NCBI GenBank assembly: GCA_050084515.1
Contig: CM114271.1
Location: 47,864,001 to 47,928,000 of the forward strand
Source of the DNA: Blasia pusilla
Lineage: Eukaryota
Direction: 5' to 3'
Length of the DNA: 64,000 nucleotides
The translations under genes and the position numbers were made by a program. Shown here in pieces: positions 10,914 through 25,835 of the stretch. The notes under the pieces were generated by a model. That model searched no databases, had not been told where the DNA came from, and saw only the letters and a list, made by a program, of their open reading frames with translations. Each line of letters opens with the position of its first letter. Positions within the stretch are counted from its first letter, which is position 1.

Positions 10914-13900
10914 TCACTCTCAACTTTGCGAGTAATCATGCAACCACTCAATCTATCATGCGGCACTCAAGCTACACTCTCTCACTGAGACGTGTGCCAT
11001 GCGACAACAAGCGGAGTGGTGCGGCAAATTGTTTACTATCCTATCATCTCATCGACAGGACACATCCTCAACTCTGGACATCTCGCACAGGTCTATCTCC
11101 CCTACATCCATACATCATTGATGCTCTCAGCATCAGCACAAAACCCAATATCCCCAAATAACTTCCCAATACCCGGAAATCCCTAACACATGTAGGGCAA
11201 AAGACCAGAATGGGTAACCTGAATAAATGTTTGTGTCGCTCCTCAACAACTACAAAACCTACACCCCAACTCGGTTGTGGAGACAACTCCTCCAAATAGT
11301 ACGTCGTACTCCCGTGGTACTAACGGTGCTCCAAAACCTCTTCGATGTGCATTGCGGATCTAGCGATACGGTACGGCATTGGGTGGCACGGAACGGCTAC
11401 AAATGGCACAACACTAGGGAATGGGGTGCGGCACTCAGCGGCATATCCTCCTCAATAACAACATACACGCTCTGCTTCCACTGATGGTGCGGCTCAACAA
11501 TCGAGACAATGCGGTGAGGCGAGGAGCGGCATGACGCGACAATTCGTGGCGCGTTGCAGCAACGGGCGTCATGGCACGATACTCGATTGTCGTTGAGCGG
11601 TTGCCTCTACGGACATGGCAAAGCGGAAATGAAACTAGGACCCCATCAATTGACAAAAATCACCTACTATGCCGACGGCGTCCAGAATGAAATATGTCGT
11701 GGCGGTGTAAATCTCATAAATCACCCCATCAACGACCATCAATCCTAGCCGTCCAATTTGCGACAGCAAGAAACATTAGCCTGATAAGCGATGGCAGAGG
11801 TTTGGACGGATAGCGGTCACGTACCCAGACGGATGGTGCAGGTTGAACCGACGGCGTAGGCGCAAGCGAATGGCCGGCGGTCCATTGGCGGTTGCAAGAC
11901 TTTTAGGTCCGTAGCAAGCCCTAGTCGTTGCTCGAGCACGGGGCAGGCACGTCTATGACAGGGCGGAAGTGGTCGGGCTCGTCCGTGAGGGCCGAACTAG
12001 CCAGACCATATATAGCCATTGCAGCAAGCCACGTACGTATGTGGGGCATGGACAATAAAAGTGGCGATGCAGTGGGAGAGTAGTAGGCTAAGCCAGCTGA
12101 CCGCAGCGAAAGGATACTGAGTTGCTGCGAAGTCGGCGATAGCGTTTGGCTTCGTTAATCTGACTGGAGCGGGGCTGGTTGGGCGGTTGGGCCCAGTTGA
12201 ACACATAACATAAGTGGTAGTCGGGCTAGCTACGGATCGGGAAAGGGCCTGGCGACTGGTGGCGGCCGCACACGACGCGCGAGCGGGAAAATGGCGGGAC
12301 CACGTCAGGGCGGTCAGTATGGCAAAACATGGTCGGACACTACGGATGATTGGCTGCATCCGGATTGCACGGGGCAGTGGCATTCACGGCAACGTACGGA
12401 GCGGAAAGTAGCACGCCGGCGAGGCAGCATAGGGGTGACGTTGTCGTATAGTAAAATCAGCCAGTATAAACTCCGTCCTCATTAAGTGTTAGAAAAAATT
12501 TTATTAGTATTAAATAAATAAGCTTAAAAAAGAAAAATTCCCATATTTACACCTCTTTATGGTGTATTTTTTATACGGGTCCAACTTTAGGAAAAGAAGT
12601 AATAAATAAAAGATAACTTTATAAAAGTAAAGTAGTGACGTTAGTGATTTAATAAAAAGAAAAAGTAGTTCTGGTTGGTGGCTAGGGTAGTTGGGGTAAT
12701 TTGGAAAATATCAAGGGGATAAAAAAGGATATTTTGGAAGAGATAAAAGGAAATCTAGTTGTGTCAAAATGTGATTGGCTACGCCTTGAGAGGAAGTCAT
12801 GTGGCACAGGATAAGATTAGCTCTATTTCGTACTCTTGTGGATCCCTTGTGAGTATATAAAGAGGAGGGACCTTTAAGGGTTCATCACCTTCTATTTCAC
12901 ATCTTGAGTCTCTTGTGTTACTCTTGAGTGTATGGCTTTGGGATTCCTTGTTCTTCCAATGAGAGTGGATCATCCCTTTTGGGAGAGTAATTTGATCATG
13001 ATCTATTTTTTGAGAGGTTTCTAGAGTGTGGTGTGTGTGGAGATGAGAGGCTTGTCATCTTAGAGGAGTTTAGTCATACTAAAATAGTGAATGTTTTGGT
13101 TTGTTATTTTCCCAATGAAAGTGGATTAACCCTCTTGGGAGACTAACTCTACCAAAGCCCATTCTTGAAGAAAGTAGAGAATGTCTGTTAAGCATTGATA
13201 GGGATGGAGCACGAGTTGTGCCCGACTTTCCTTTCCTCAATCCTTATCATATCAAGGTACTCTTTGTAGATAGGCACTGGTTCACTCGCTATTTAGTTTA
13301 TCATTTTGGGGAGGCGTTCATGAACCAGGTCATGCAATCTCCAACTCCGGTGATTCTTCCTATCGTCACATATGGAAGGACATGGGATTGTACTTTGCAT
13401 GTCCTTGTATAGCAATCCATGGACGTCAATAGGCTCGCTCAAGTAGGGTTTAAGACTAGTTGCGCTATCTTCCTCGTGTACAAGCGTAAAAAAGTTTATG
13501 AGGATTTTATAGTTAGGAATTTTGGGGTCCGATGTTACGAAGAAATGATTGCCTCGGCACTTCCATTTGTGATACGTGTCGTGAGAGAATGGAGAGTATA
13601 CATAATAATTTTGTATTGAAAAAGGAGAACTTCTAAGAGAGTTTACCTTGCATCAACCACGTCTGCCGCGACTAGAAAGCCTGCCCTTACTCAAAGAAAG
13701 GCTCTCAACACGCCAACGTGGCGGGATTGGCGTGGCTAGTTCGAGTCGGCCCACTACAAATTTGGGAGGCTCCCAATCTCCTCCCCAATTTTATCTTCTT
13801 ACTAAATTACACCCTGAAAATACGGGTTTCTCTATTTTTTCCTTACTTGACTATCCCCCTTCTAACAGATTGCAATCTGAGGGCTTCTCCACAACTTTCA

Positions 13901-14534
13901 CCTAGACTTAAGGGTCAACAACCCCAAAAAAATTTTCAATCATTTTCAACACCCCACCAGCTCTTTCACTTGTCCTATCCACCAATAAACTAGTTTTTAT
14001 TTGTCTACCTATCACAAAGGATTTTTACTCAAGAATTTCGGAAATTTCACTCACACCATGGAACGGTGGCTATGGCAGACCTACGAAAATGATCGTAACT
14101 TCACGATAAATTGATCAAATTGCGCACCATTTCTTCCACATCCTGCATCGCTTCCAGATCTACATCAGCGTCAAATTAGGGACTGCCGTGCAGTCCAACG
14201 TCCCTTTCTCCTACACAAAATTTGGCAGCGCTTCGTGATGATTTCTTCCCAATAAAAATGTAAAACCTGTGAAAACACAAATCAGCAAGCTACATGGTGC
14301 TTTGGAGAGCACCGGTATGGGGCAACCCGCCCCCATACTCAATTCCTATCAGAAATTGGGCAGCGCTTCCACGTGCCACTCTCTTGTACAAAAATCAGCA
14401 AAAAAGAATAATAAACTCGCGCGGCTCTTGCTTCGGTGAGCACTCCCATGAGCCATGAAACGGGGAACACGGTCCCCCAACGTGCAACACACATCGAGCA
14501 ACCAGCGAGCTCCCCCATGAAGCTCTCTCATTCA

Positions 14535-14550
14535 CTCATTCTCTCTTTGT
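14535..14550 (-). promoter_or_regulatory. Self-priming-type primer-binding site, copy 1
   Basis: + strand ctcattctctctttgt is the reverse complement of acaaagatagaatgag (14711-14726, 1 mismatch) in B1 and of acaaagagagaatgag (3796-3811, perfect) in B2. Confidence 0.7.
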
Positions 14551-15063
14551 AAAATAAGATCCAATCTCTCTCAACACCATAGCTCTCAAATGTGTGCACT
14601 CTCACATGTCTCTCTCAATGTCAAACCAAACCCACTCTCCTAATGAGAGGCTTGGATTACACTCACAAGGCAAGGGATCATAGCTCCGCTGCCTCATGCC
14701 AGGAGGTTCAACAAAGATAGAATGAGCTCTCAAGCTCTCTTTCTCTTGGAGGTATATTTGCTTCTCTCTCCCAAGATCTCTCCTCGATAACCTATGCTTG
14801 CAAGTCACCTCCTTGGCTCTTGACTTGCTATAGCGGGTCAAGGGCCACTTCCCAAAGTGGAAATTCAACTATACTTCAAATAGAAACTTATCGGAAATAG
14901 TAAGTTTCTCTATATGGCCCAAATGAGCTGAAACAAAGGGGAAACATGCTCTCTTAGGTTACCCGTGGCCTCAGTAGGTCATCCTCGACCTCCTGAGGCT
15001 GTCCTCTAGTATTTTCAAAGGAGCTCTACTAGATCTCGCCAATATATCCTAAAATCCGTGACA
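14548..15063 (-). repeat. 5' terminal repeat B1 of copy 1
   Basis: Minus strand TGTCACGG...TATTTTACA; direct repeat of 3631-4149. Confidence 0.92.
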
Positions 15064-17989
15064 CTTAGAACACGTATCTATCTCCCACTTGTTGTATTAG
15101 AAAGTGTAGAAGTACGGTGTGCAAGGTGGGAATCAAAAAAGTAGTTTGGTAGTAGGAAAACACATCAAATGGCAGAATTGTCCACATTCTAAATTACACT
15201 ACATGAAATGTCAACATGAAAAATTAAGACAAAATGAAATGTGTCACTGCAAACACGAGATAAATATTGTATGTATTGAAGGCTACTCGGGGAAAAACAC
15301 AAAACATAGGCTGCAATTACTTAGGAAGTATTGAGTCCTAATAGGATATAGGCAAACACTATCCTATCACAAAGTAGAATACCAAATGGCTTGCAAAATG
15401 CCATTCTTTGCAAAAGCTTTACAAAGTTTCATGTGCATGACATATTGCATGCCATACCACTATGCAGTGTGCCCTACTTGGACTCACTATATTTCACATG
15501 TCTTAACATGATTGTAATAGCTTTCACAAACTTCTCAAATGCACAAAAGCCTTCTAGGGATGGGCCACATGCTTTGACAACATGATGAACTTCTGCTTTG
15601 CCGCAGCCAAAGTCTATGTCAAGCTGGTAATATCCTCCTCTAGAGAAGCTGCAACATCACTAAGAAAATCAACTTGACCATCAGACTTGTCAAATTTTGC
15701 ACTTAGAGCCTCGATGTTGGCAACTGCCGCATTGTAGACATGCATTGGTATTGAATTATTTCTGAATCTGACGTTGCCTAATGTAGGCACGGGCACTTCG
15801 CGAAAATGGGATGTCCCTACGGAACGCCTCCTCCTATGCTTGCAAAGTGGAGCAATGGTACTGCAAGTTTCCTGGACTCCATGCAATGACACATCTAGAA
15901 AATCAACAAGTACAATGGAGGAATTTGTAACCTGCATATACAACCCACAACACATGAACATAGAAAGTGGTATGGTAGATGACATAGTAGATCAACCATA
16001 ATTTCAAATCTGGTGGGGCAAATGCATCTGCATCCTACTTGCAACTTAAAAAAGAAACGGAAAATTATGGCAAAGCAATCATAGGACTAGTCAGGTGGAA
16101 TCTCCAACTACTCGGCCAAAATATTCAAAATTATGCAAATCCCATACACTAGAAATCATAGGCTGTTACAAAATCTATTAAAAACATGTGAAACCCCCAA
16201 AACATAATATCCATCTATGTGACAGTAGTATGGCCAGAGATAGTAAAAACTAGCCCAAAGCTTAAGTCACATTCCAACTATAAACAATTTTGGAGAACTT
16301 TTTGCTAGAAAAATTACTTTAAGTAAAAGAGTAAATCCGATATAACCGTATGTAGAAAATAACAGGTCAAGAGAATGCTTAGCATTTCCTACAAGTACGT
16401 AGTGCCCAAAATTTACACTCCTACGTGATATCAAGGCCCAAAACCACCGCTGCAACAGTCAATAGCATTGTCCAATAATGTTGGTGCTAACTGCGCAACT
16501 GTAAAGTAGCAATGACTTAAACATTGAAATAAGTCGAAAATGGGTTCATGATGTAAAGTATCGGCAGAAAATAATTTTGAAATAGGGATCAACATGATGT
16601 GTGCATGGGTAATAAGAGAGGAATTTGGCAGATCATCGATGCATGCTATCAAGACAACATTGTACCAGATTTGCATTATTGACAACATGAGCCAAATTTA
16701 GATTTGATACTCAAGACATGGATATTAGTGACGGAAACGATAGAAAACGGACTCAAGTACTGCAAAGAACTCGTAGACACATTACGTTAGGGATGGGCGG
16801 AAACTGAGACACCTTAATAATTGAGATAATCACACACACTTCCTCTTGTTTGGGGATTTTGGAAGGTGTGCATTCTCATATGCAAGATTATCAGATGAAT
16901 TGGAGAGGAGACTGAAGAACCTTGTCTATCCCGTGTCTGGTCGACTCCCCCCCTGATTGTAGATGCTATGACCCATGCTCTTGTGAACCGCAATCCCTAG
17001 GGAAGGAGTCATGTCACCACTCTTCCTGGTAGATTTCATGCGTGAAAGCAGGTGAATAGCCTTAGTAGAGGAGAGCTTGACCATCATAGTACACGGCAGG
17101 CGCATTATGACTCTAAGCTTACAAAAATTTTCAAGTCGTATGCCCCCATTGAGTATAGAGTACTGCTTGCTAGCTTTTTCATGTGTCAACTCCTCATCCT
17201 TGTAGTCAATCCCATTGTGGATCAACACTTCCTTCTTGACACCTACAATGTGCATGACAATATCACATATGACATAGGTAAGTTACATGACGTCAAGACG
17301 AAACCTGCATTTAAATCTACCGACAAGAAATGAGTGTGTACAAACCAAGGAAAATTATGCATGGTTTGAACTTACCGGATGCAAGTGCTGCCTTTTTCCT
17401 CTCCCAAGGCCTGGGCCCATGCCTTCCTCTCATCAATAAGACGGCTCATTGCCGGCCAATTATACCATTCTCCTAGTGCCATTAATCCACACCCAAACTG
17501 TCCGCATACCTTAATTGTGGATCACTGGGTGTGATGAATTAGGCCGCGTCATCATGAGGTAACTCAAGCATGTCACTTAGGATCATGTTTGCAAAGTTGA
17601 GATAAGTTTTTGGTAAAGGGATATGTCTATGTTGGATACAATTGAGGGTACTAAAACCTACTTAGAAAATGCTGATGTGTATACCTATTGTATTTCATGC
17701 TAATGTAACAAAGCTGCACCTTGAGTTTCAACAATACTTGTAGCTATTGATGGAGCAGGTGGAATGTGGCCGCCAAATACATGTTGTTGCCTAGTCTCCA
17801 ATGTAGGTCGGAGTATGGGCTGCGGCATTGATGGTACAACAAGTGTTGTTTTCCTTCCACGTGACCACCATGTTTTTTTCTAGGATGCCATTGCCTAAAA
17901 CTACATACCGCATTAGGAAAAAAAAAAAAAAAACGAAAATTGGTCCTGCTAGTACTGCCCAAAAATGCAAAAGTCATTTGGACTTAGCT

Positions 17990-18830
17990 CACCCAAAATT
18001 CGCAATTGTGAACTGGTTTTGACTCTAGAAAGCATAACATAGATAAGTCCAAGAGCAAATGCAGATTTAACAACCACAAGGCATTTTCCATCTATCGTTA
18101 ATACTTGGCTTTTATGGCCACTCATAGCATAGCCAAGGCTCTATGGAAAATTTCTTTTGTAGCACTTTCCATGCTCCCCATGTCTCAAAGAGGAGTAGTT
18201 TGTCTAGGTAATCCTCAAATCTTGTTGGCTAGCAATAGTCTTCACTACAATCTTTGACATTATATCATTCTTGTATGCAATACTCTGGAAAATTGTTAGG
18301 GAACCATTTGCAGCTCGAACTTTCAAGTCAATATTTGCAGTCAAAAGGACTCTACAACCAATTGCAAGTAGAGATAACTGATGGAACTTGGAATCAACAA
18401 GCCAAGTAGGAAAGCATGGATCTAATGGACAGTCTTATTGAAGTTGCACAAGAATAATAGTAGCCTCTTCGAAAAAATGGCTCAATGGAATTAGATTGAA
18501 AATGTCCACATCTGAACGATGTGAACAAATTATTTGCGTATCATAAGTAGTAAAGTCAACTGCTGATCCTCATGAATGAAGCATTGCCCAAGGGCGGTAT
18601 AAATTTCATGTTGAATTGGGATGCGCTGCCTAATTGTCATAAGAAAATCAAGAAATTGTGTATCTGTTGCGTGACGGCAAACAATGATGAGTGAATATGT
18701 TGTTGCATTCTGAAATAGACAAATATGTTGTATCCTCTCAACACATTATTTTATCTTCTTACAACTAGGATCTCATACTTGGGTCCCATATAAAACCATC
18801 TGTAGAACTACGCTCCTAAATGGGAATTTC
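17990..18830 (-). pseudogene. Degenerate PIF1-family helicase, probably Helitron RepHel remnant
   Basis: Minus-strand translations ...IVCRHATDTQFLDFLMTIRQR... (~18620-18700) and P*SLGYAMSGHKSQVLTI...SAFALGLIYVMLSRVKTSSQL (~18000-18145) match PIF1 motifs IV, V and VI; intronless, with stops. Confidence 0.72.
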
Positions 18831-21800
18831 CTAAGATAGCAAGATACTTAAATGAGCATGTCCATATCAATTCAAAATTGAACAAAGAGCTTTATAACTA
18901 CCATGTACTCTCTTTTGAAAACAAGTTATCCAACTAGAATTATAAGAGAAATCAATGTGTGTATATTCATAACTCCTCACTTGTTCTACTTGTTATCCTT
19001 TGTAAAAGAATGAGAATTTTGATTTAGTACCCATTACAATCATTTTAGACTTTTCAATGTTCACCTTCATCTAATTATGGTTGTAGAAACTTTCCAAAGG
19101 TGTTTATGTAAACTACATGTATCACATGCAAGTTAAGGATTAAACATCCAAAGATGAAATGATGCCCAAAATCCATTTTAGATTTTGCAAATGGAATTGT
19201 TTATCTATTAGTAATGGTATCACTTCCATTTCTATTGTGTAATATTTCCTTTCTATTGAAACGTATATTTTATTCATCTACAAGTTTTTCATTTTTACAA
19301 AAAATATAACTAACTCTTAAAAGGTTATGAGATATTTTCTACTATTTCATTAAAAATATACATTCCTTAAACATTCTTAAAATGCTAGAAGGCTTTCACT
19401 TTCAAATTCCAGAGTTGAAAACCTCTTTATCTTTCTATGTTATTATTTACTTCAAAAATAGAGAATTTTGAATTTGGTGTTTTTTATTCCTATTACCAAA
19501 ATTAGCAATAGAAGAAAGTCATTTTCTTTCAAATTTCTTGTCAAGTTCCTTCATCACGGTTTGGAAGGGCAGGGTTTCACCTCTGCTAGCTTTCAACATG
19601 TTGGTAATAGGATTAAAACAACCAAGTCTTTAGAAAAAAAATTACTAAAAAATTTCAAATTTATTCCTGTTACCAAGAAATTTGAAATTACTAAAAATAT
19701 TCTTTTTTCTATTGAAAGAAAGTCATTTTCTTTCAAATTTCAAATCAAGTAGTGTAGCATTTCGTCATAATAACTTCCAAAGAGTAGAATGGGAATTTTG
19801 AATACGTGAGAGGAAGGGACGAGAAGGTAAATTTTTAAGGAGGGGCAATAGGGTTTTCTTTTTTTCTTATATTTAGTGACATATGGAGGGTTGTCTCTCT
19901 AGAAGTGATGAAAAACCCATCAAGAATACTCAAAGAATCGAGTACATGAAAGCCACAATCTGCCCAAAAAAATAAAAGAAGGCACCCCCTTCACTAGCGG
20001 GTTTGGGGTTGTCTATGTATGTTAAGGTATACATACATAGAGGACCCATTAATATGCACCTATTCGGCATGAGAAAAAAGAATGAGATAGATAAGAGGAG
20101 GAAGGGGCCTATGAATAGCTTGGCTCCCCCAAATAATATTATAATAACGCTTAGGATTTGATTGATCGACATGAAAAAAAAAGGCTAACCCTTTTGACAA
20201 AAAAAGTGCTCACGCACATTCGAGCTTATCCCGAGCCCTCTAGGCCTCGACCAGAACCCTATGGCCCACCTTTAGACGCAGCTTCCCATGGGGTTAATGT
20301 CATGAATCAACCTAGGTTTTGAGTACAACTAGTCACGATATCCTGTAGTTGTTGAGCATCCTCCACACTTCAAGCGTACGAAACAGCGGCCATCACATGG
20401 CTCTCCAACTCAAGTTTCCCTCAAGTTATGAACAATCTTATGCCTCTAACGGTTTCCCTCCCTATGGGAGTCTTAACACAAATTTTTTTTCTATGCCCAA
20501 GATGCATTTTTATTAGCTTTTTTATGCATGTGCGGTGGGTAGGATATACATTTCCATTCCTTGAAAGAGTATAGGTATGCAAATGGTAGAGATTGAAAGC
20601 GAAAATAGTTTGTAGAAAATGGAATGACCTTTTGTTGTGTCAAGAAGTACGGAATCAAAGGGAAATCTTCGATCTCTCTTGAAGGATGAAAACGAAGGGG
20701 GGTCTCTAAAGATCTCCATGGCCTACTGTATCCGACGAAAGCACTAGTATGACTTCAAAAGGAATAGTTTGAATTTAGGTTGAGTAATTATTCAAATTTT
20801 TCTTCATTTGTGGTTTCTCGAACAATCATCTTTAGTCCTTTCTACAAATCTATATAGATAGTTTTTATATATTTTTCTTATTAGAGTAAAAGATTTAATG
20901 ATTCTACTCATCCACTATCAATCATGGGCCATAACAAGCACTTTGTAAGCGTTCACGACTAATTTTCCACAAATGAAAATTCAGTCTCCGTTGTATAAGA
21001 GATTTCTATTACTAAATTCCTGTTCCACAAAGACTTTCGATCTCCTCAACCTTGTGAGCTGGGATCAGATTCTAGGAGACACCATAGGTCGAGACCCCTC
21101 TCGGGAACAACGTCTCTTGATACCATTCTCAATATCGGTGAAACTACGTTCAAGGCGTTGCACTTTTCTCCTCCCTGTAGCCATGGCTATGTATCCCCAC
21201 CCTTGTCTGCGGTTTTGGTGAAAGTGGGTCTTTCTCCCCGACGTTGGAAGTCATTGGCCAACGGCCAGTCCTCACTTGGGCGAGCGTTTCGCTTCCGAGA
21301 TACAGTATGTCCTGCTTGCGTGATGAACGAGGCTAGTAACAGCTCACTTTCATTAATCATTTGCACTCGACAACTTGTAAAAATTAACTTTGTAATGGAA
21401 TTTGCGATTTTGAAAGCAAATCTTCTTTTGTTTAGTTCAAAATGGTCTGGTTGGCTGGAAGTGGTCACACATTTATGGTTTAAAACACACTGCGAGATTT
21501 GCAGAGTCAGTAGAGATGCGAGTAGACATGGTGGCGGAACTGCCCGGACCTCCAAACCAATCCAACCCGGAGACCACCTGGGTCAAGTTCCGTATCCAAA
21601 CCTCGGTGTCGAAGTGAGGGTCCATTGGTTGTTCGCTTCCGGAGTTTCCACCCTTCCAGTACTCCGCAGTAGGCGCTATCTCTAGTATAACTTATCCATG
21701 ATTAAATGGTAAGAATTTCAGATTTCCTCCTGCAGCCCCACGAGCCTCACCGTCTGCTCAATCCGAGTTCCGACAAAAGGTAAATTGCAAGTCAGCCAGT

Positions 21801-22430
21801 CATCGGGATCCAAACTAAATTTCTGTTGCCAGTACTAATTACTTGTCCAAGACCCTTGAAGTGTGAGAGTAACGAGGAGAATCATTGTAACACTGAGAAC
21901 CGCAGCTTGACAAACAAGACATGAACTTTACAGAATGTACGGATTTGATTACAATGTACCCAGGCTAGGCTACTGATGTTTTATATACAAACCCTGACAC
22001 CGGATGTGCATATATAACTCAAACGACGAATCTATCTCAAACAGTGAAGACCTCCTGCAACAACCATTCCGACTCCGGCAACACTGCATCTGGAAGGGCA
22101 GTGTCATCAATATACTGGCAACAGAATTTTTGACAAGGCTACCTAACCACAAGTGGGCATTCCATGCTCGCAGAAGAGAGTAACCTCTTATAGATGAAAA
22201 ATTTACAAGCCTTTTGAATGGAGAATTCTCTGACCTACAAATACATCCCACTCAATAAGCTCCCAGCCCACATCCAAATCCGTGGATGCCGTTTCAAATG
22301 TAACTTTGAGCGAAGGGTACTAATTACTTTGCTTTAAAAGCCCAATATCACATTGGAACGGAAAGAATTGTGAAGTCGTCTGCACTTCCTTCCTGCAGTC
22401 AGGGGTCCATGATCCCAAGGAGATTCACCA

Positions 22431-25400
22431 TCATATGTAAACTGTCCTTACATCGTTTTGTCCAAATGGTACTCCACAACCAGGACATTTGCGGTGCCTA
22501 ATCTCCAAATTTCGTTGAATGCATGGACCACAAAACAAATGATAGCACTTCGTGATAACAACCTGAGGAAGGAACAAGCATCCACAAGTAAGAATGATGA
22601 CGAATTTGCGAGTTACAAAACAAGATGCTCTATGTTTGCTCAAGTTTCTAATCCTAGACTCACATAGGGGTAATTCGAGTGAAGTGTCACAGTACTGGGA
22701 ATCTCCAGGGGGGGGATTATTTTTGGACAAAGGTCTGCTCAGTAAGAACTCAATTATTCCCACTGTGCAAATGGGCAGTTTACTTATTTTCAGAGGGTGG
22801 ACTTCAGAAACCATCACCGTACTCGACGACATAATTCTTTTGCTTGAGTTGCTTAAGGTCTACACTCCCTTAAGAAGGTGTCCTGACACGACCACCATTG
22901 ACAATAGTATATTGAGTACAGTAGCAAAAAATATTGATGACTAGAAACTTGTGATTCTTTACAGGTTACCTCCTTGGCTCGATCATGACACACACTACAC
23001 TTGAGGATGGCCCTGTACTCCTTGATTTCTTCTTGTAATCTTTCAATCATTGGGCTCCCATCATGATGAGAACCAAGGCGTGCAACTTTTGTGTTGAGGG
23101 TATCAAGCTCTTCTTGCATTCTCCTCTTCTCAAATCTGATGACAAGTTTTGCATCATCAGTGGTCACCATCAGGATACTATCCAGACACAACTCACACAA
23201 GCTAACAAGCCACATGGCAAAGATCTATGTGATTTGCAGTGAATAACCATCTAATGCAGTGAGACTCTTGGATGACTTCAAAACATACTGAATAGCTTGC
23301 ATACCTCTCCTTCTCCAGTTCTCCTTGAACCTCCACAATTTTGAGTCCCCGTTCTTCTACACTCTTCTGTGTGGCTTCGAGAGCTGACTTGGTGGATGCC
23401 ATCTCTCTCTCCACCTCCAACTTTTGTCGTTTAGCATTCTCCAATGCTGACAGATATTGCCTACTTTCATCTGTGGCTTTACCCAGCTGGTCCAGGTACG
23501 ACCTTGCCTGCAAGGTAAAATAGTTTGGCTGAGTCTTGGCTGAGTGAGCTTTAACTCTCAAACACTGAAAGCTTAGAGGCATGAAACCACGTGTAATACA
23601 CACTCTCTAATTCTAACTTAAAAAGGGATTTAGCCTCAATACACCAGTTCTAGAAAAGAATTGTGACACATAATCAAACCTGTTCATCCAGCCGGGCAAG
23701 CCGCTGCTTGTGCCCATCGGCTGTGGAGGTTGCTTGTTGCATTCGACTGACTAGCAATTGCTTTTCTGCTTGTAGATTTGCCAGGGCCTGCTTTGCCTTC
23801 AGGCTCTCGGCAACCAGCTGATGATAAGGAGACAGTATACAAAGAAAGTTAATATACTCAGAGTGTCTAGTCACTATTGACCAAGAAAATCATTTTACAA
23901 TCTTATTTGGATACACTACTGGAAAGTTGCTTTCTATTGTCAACCAAGCCAACTAAATGGTTGGAGCAAAAGATTATGCACATCCACAGATTGATATTTC
24001 TCTTCCTCGTGCAACAAGGAATCTTGATGGCATCTTCCAACTTCCTGTCCAGATCTTCACCTGAGTGTTATAATCGTCCCTCTCTGTTAGCTGTTGGAGA
24101 AGTCTTTGATTCTGTGTTTGCATATCTTCATATGCTTGGCCAATTGTCTGCAAAAAAATTCAGCCCAACCACACCACATTAGCATGACATTTGACCAAGA
24201 AAACTGCATCCAAGTCAGGTCAGAATGGCAGGAAAAACTTAACCCACTTTCAGCTTTGAAAGCACAAAACAGGAGTGTAAGCTTCCAACCCAAAACACCA
24301 GTACAAAAAAGAAAAATAAAGAAGTCAACAAGAAAGTTAGTAGCTAACCTCAATTTCCGATATATATGCATCCCCTTCTTCATTTTTTGCCTTCAGGGAC
24401 TCTCTCAGTTCCATTGCCACTCTAAAACACCCCGACAAATCACCAATTGCTTTTAAGATGCCTTGATCATGAGGCGAGTGATAGACTCCAATAAATCCAT
24501 ATCAATGCGGAGAGAAATGCATCTGATTAAACTTGCTCATATCATAAAATTACCCTAAATGCTATATTGTCACTGAGTAAGAGTGCAGTATTTGCAGAGA
24601 ATTGATTGCATCACAAACCTTTCCGAAGAATCTAACTGCTGCCGTAGCTCAGCGATTTCCGCCTCTGCAGCTGTCAGCCTCTGCTGACAAGCTGCCTCAG
24701 CTTCATTAGCGGCCTTCACACGAAGTTCTAAGCTATGCTCATCCAAAGCGGTCTTCAAACGCTCTACTTGAGCCCATGCTTTGCATTCAGCTTGCTGCAG
24801 CTCCATGACATCCCTGTGCAAAGTCCTCATGAGAATAATGTCACTACATACGTAGGACACTTGGTGCCAAAGATGTACAGAGAAAATTACAACAGAGTGA
24901 ATCAAACCACATGACTCGAGATGAAATGAATAGGGCAACTACTTGAGATCTCCTTCTGATATGGTGACAGTACAGGGACTTCAACTCCCATCCCTTTTCC
25001 ACTTTGTTGCTCAGCCATGAGTATTCTTGAAACAAAAAAGTGGCTCAACAAACTTTCCTTTGAAAATTATACCATTAGAAGAAACTTCCTTTTCTTCACC
25101 CAAAAGAGCTACAGTTCTAGCAAGTAAAAAAAAAGCTTAGTCAATTTCAACAAACAACATTCACTGGTCAACTTCCAGGGCCAGCCTTAAAGTTGCAATG
25201 GGAATGAGCTCAACTGCCCAAACCAAGCTTTGAATGTGCCAACTTTCTTTCAAAAGCTTTTCAAACAGCCGGAAAAATTGCACCACAGTTCATTCACAAT
25301 TCAGCCAACTCTGTCCTATCTGCACTCAAAATAAAAACCTTTTAGGGCTACCATATATAGAAAGGCGATGTTTACTCCCTGAACTGTGTACAAGCCAACT

Positions 25401-25789
25401 GGAGAGACAAGTTGAATGTACACAGAATGAAAAAAGTAGGGAGAGGAGAATACATGGCCGCATCATAAGCAGAGTAGAAGACAGAAACTTCACGGATGGA
25501 ATCTTACGTTGTGGCAAACTAATTCCCATCACCATGCTAAAATCGCAGACAATACAGGGCCTGGTCAAAGAGTTGATCAATGAAGGAGCTCAAGGTACCA
25601 CCATTCAGGAGACCGTGAGCAAGACTATACCAGAAGATCCATGCCTGAACTACCATAAAGCTCCTTAGGAAGAGCAGAAGTTTGCAGATATGTACGTAGG
25701 CCTAGAAATGAGTCAGACGCAAATCGTGCCTCATCACTTTGACTTCCACCAAGTTCAGTACAGAGGATAGAAAGGAGTAGGCTGCCCAT

Positions 25790-25835
<46 letters not shown>

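Larger units (their letters stand above)
3503..15063 (-). mobile_element. Ty3/Gypsy retrotransposon, DNMT3- and PHD-bearing family, copy 1 (degenerate, most of RT deleted)
   Basis: Minus-strand order B1(15063-14548)-leader-gag-PR-DNMT-(RT remnant)-RH-IN-PHD-PPT-A1-B2-A2(3503). Flanks CTAA (3499-3502) / CTTA (15064-15067) form a degenerate 4-bp TSD. Confidence 0.9.

Noticed and set aside
3503-15063. DIRS/Ngaro/PAT classification because of split direct repeats and a methyltransferase
   Set aside because: Protease, DDE integrase and 4-bp TSDs are present, no tyrosine recombinase was seen, and the MTase is C5-type
3631-15063. Ordinary LTR pair formed by B1 and B2 alone
   Set aside because: The PPT precedes A rather than B, B2 lacks a CA end, and target-site continuity (clearest for copies 2 and 3) puts the boundary after A
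15614-17330. Coding-like minus-strand fragments downstream of the helicase remnant
   Set aside because: No recognisable domain and no consistent gene model; possibly Helitron cargo
21158-21685. 175-aa plus-strand ORF downstream of HUB1
   Set aside because: No recognisable motifs or splice structure
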